From Octopus bimaculoides (lineage: Eukaryota), in the NCBI RefSeq assembly GCF_001194135.2, contig NC_068988.1:52043679-52107678 (forward strand): a DNA stretch of 64,000 bases. Direction: 5' to 3'. Every line of letters begins with the position of its first letter. The first letter of the stretch is position 1. Below the pieces are notes generated by a model that saw only the letters and a program-made list of their open reading frames with translations, was not told where the DNA came from and did not search any database. A program made the translations under genes and the position numbers. Of this stretch, positions 62,604 through 64,000 are shown piece by piece.

Positions 62604-64000
62604 ACTCTATACGAAGTATAGAGTAGATAAGTACATAGAGTTTAATATTTAAGTTAATGAACATTCTCCATATTTGTACAGGGATAGTGGTTTGACTATT
62701 GTTTTCTAAAGCTATCCATCATTACTATTGGCAGTATTTGTTCCGAATTTCTACAATCCGAGTTCAAATCCTATCGAAATCAACTTTGCTTTCGTGAGGT
62801 CGTTATAAAAAACAAAAAATACCTGTGCAATGCACATGGACTGGTGGAACTGCGACTGGATACCTTTGGATACCTTGCAGTTTTTGCCCGGCTCTTTGCG
62901 CTTTGAGATCAAATCCCACTATATGGGGTAGTAGACTTAATTTCTTGTTCACTTTAACAACACAACCTGTCATTCTGTGTGCCTTTAGCGGAGCCCACTC
63001 TGTTACAAGTATTTTATACTGAATCTCTGGTTTGAAAATACACCCCTCCTTCTTTCATACATGTATCAGAAGTCCTTTAAAGGACTTCTCTCTGGTCTAA
63101 AAAAAAGTGAAGGTGAGGGACACATTTTTATAGAAGAGAGATAATAAAACTGTACGATATTCATTGGTGTTTGTATCGTTCATATCAGTTATTTACAGCC
63201 TTTGAGAGACGAAATACGAAACAGGAAAATCGAAACTAGGTGACGTATTCAGTACTGGTAACTTAAAACGAGAAATTATATGAGAAATGAGATAAGAAAT
63301 GTTGATTTTTAATCTTTGCAGGGTTAAGTCCAAAAGATTCGCCTTATTTAATGTAGTAACCAGAAAATTCAAAATATGAACGTTGATAAAACAAGGAAAA
63401 CGACGCGGTTTGTCAAGTTTGGGAACAAGTTAAACTAATAATGGCTTACACGATTGGTTATGTTAGTAGCTCTTCACGAAGTTAACTGATCAATGCATAA
63501 ATCGATATTTTACTAAGATTACGGGTTTTAGTTAAACACTTGGATGTTCTGTGAATGGTAAAAATTTGTGAAAAAGTCAAATGAAGCTGGGGCATGCTGG
63601 GACTCTAAGAGTTGAGGTGAACAAATAAGTCTCAATACTTTTTGTTTTTAGGTCTGGTGCTCATCCTCTCAACCTTTTGTCGAACCGCTTACTTGCGGAG
63701 ATGTAAGCAAAACAACACCGGTTGATAAGTGGTGGTGATCACAAGCACAAAGATATATACACATACGGTGGGGGGGGGGTTAGTCAATTACATCGACCCC
63801 AGTGATAAACTGGTACTTATTTTATCGATCCCGAAAGAATAGAAGGCAAAGTCAACCTCAATGGAATTTAAACTCTGTTTCTAGAGGTACGAAATGCCGC
63901 TAAACATTTTGCCTGGCGTGCTAGCGACCTTGCCTGCTCGCCCTTTCCCCATAAGCTAATATTCCTTTCTGCTATAGGCACAAGGCCTGAAATTTTGGGG

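Noticed and set aside
1-64000. CRISPR arrays or prokaryotic operon-like systems
   Set aside because: There are no regularly spaced repeat-spacer units; the sequence is intron-containing eukaryotic DNA.

Overview
This is an AT-rich, repeat-dense animal genomic window from a gapped draft assembly. The microsatellite load and SINE families look like octopus/cephalopod (inference). One intact host gene is supported: PPP1R8/NIPP1 on the minus strand, with 7 coding exons from 50187 to 28552. I assembled them by hand; all introns are GT-AG with consistent phases, giving 1038 nt / 345 aa. Everything else is transposon debris: RLE-type non-LTR fragments (including Hero-like), CR1-like LINEs, a Gypsy RT/integrase remnant, an intron-containing Ginger/GIN1-like integrase, an IR/DR Tc1 (DD34E), a maT-type (DD37D) remnant, a full-span Buster-type hAT with perfect 8-bp TSD plus related MITEs, mariner MITEs, several tRNA-headed SINE families, and a ~175-nt 28S rRNA fragment. 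I see no convincing wholly new gene system. The most notable signals are: two degenerate minimal hammerhead-ribozyme motifs whose consensus restores the catalytic core; the spliceosomal intron inside the Ginger-like integrase; the 28S fragment carried as an insertion between 167-bp direct repeats; a TSD-flanked 196-bp palindrome; a non-canonical PP1-docking motif in NIPP1; and inverted SINEs bracketing an in-frame two-exon block of NIPP1. TE boundaries without a TSD are approximate.
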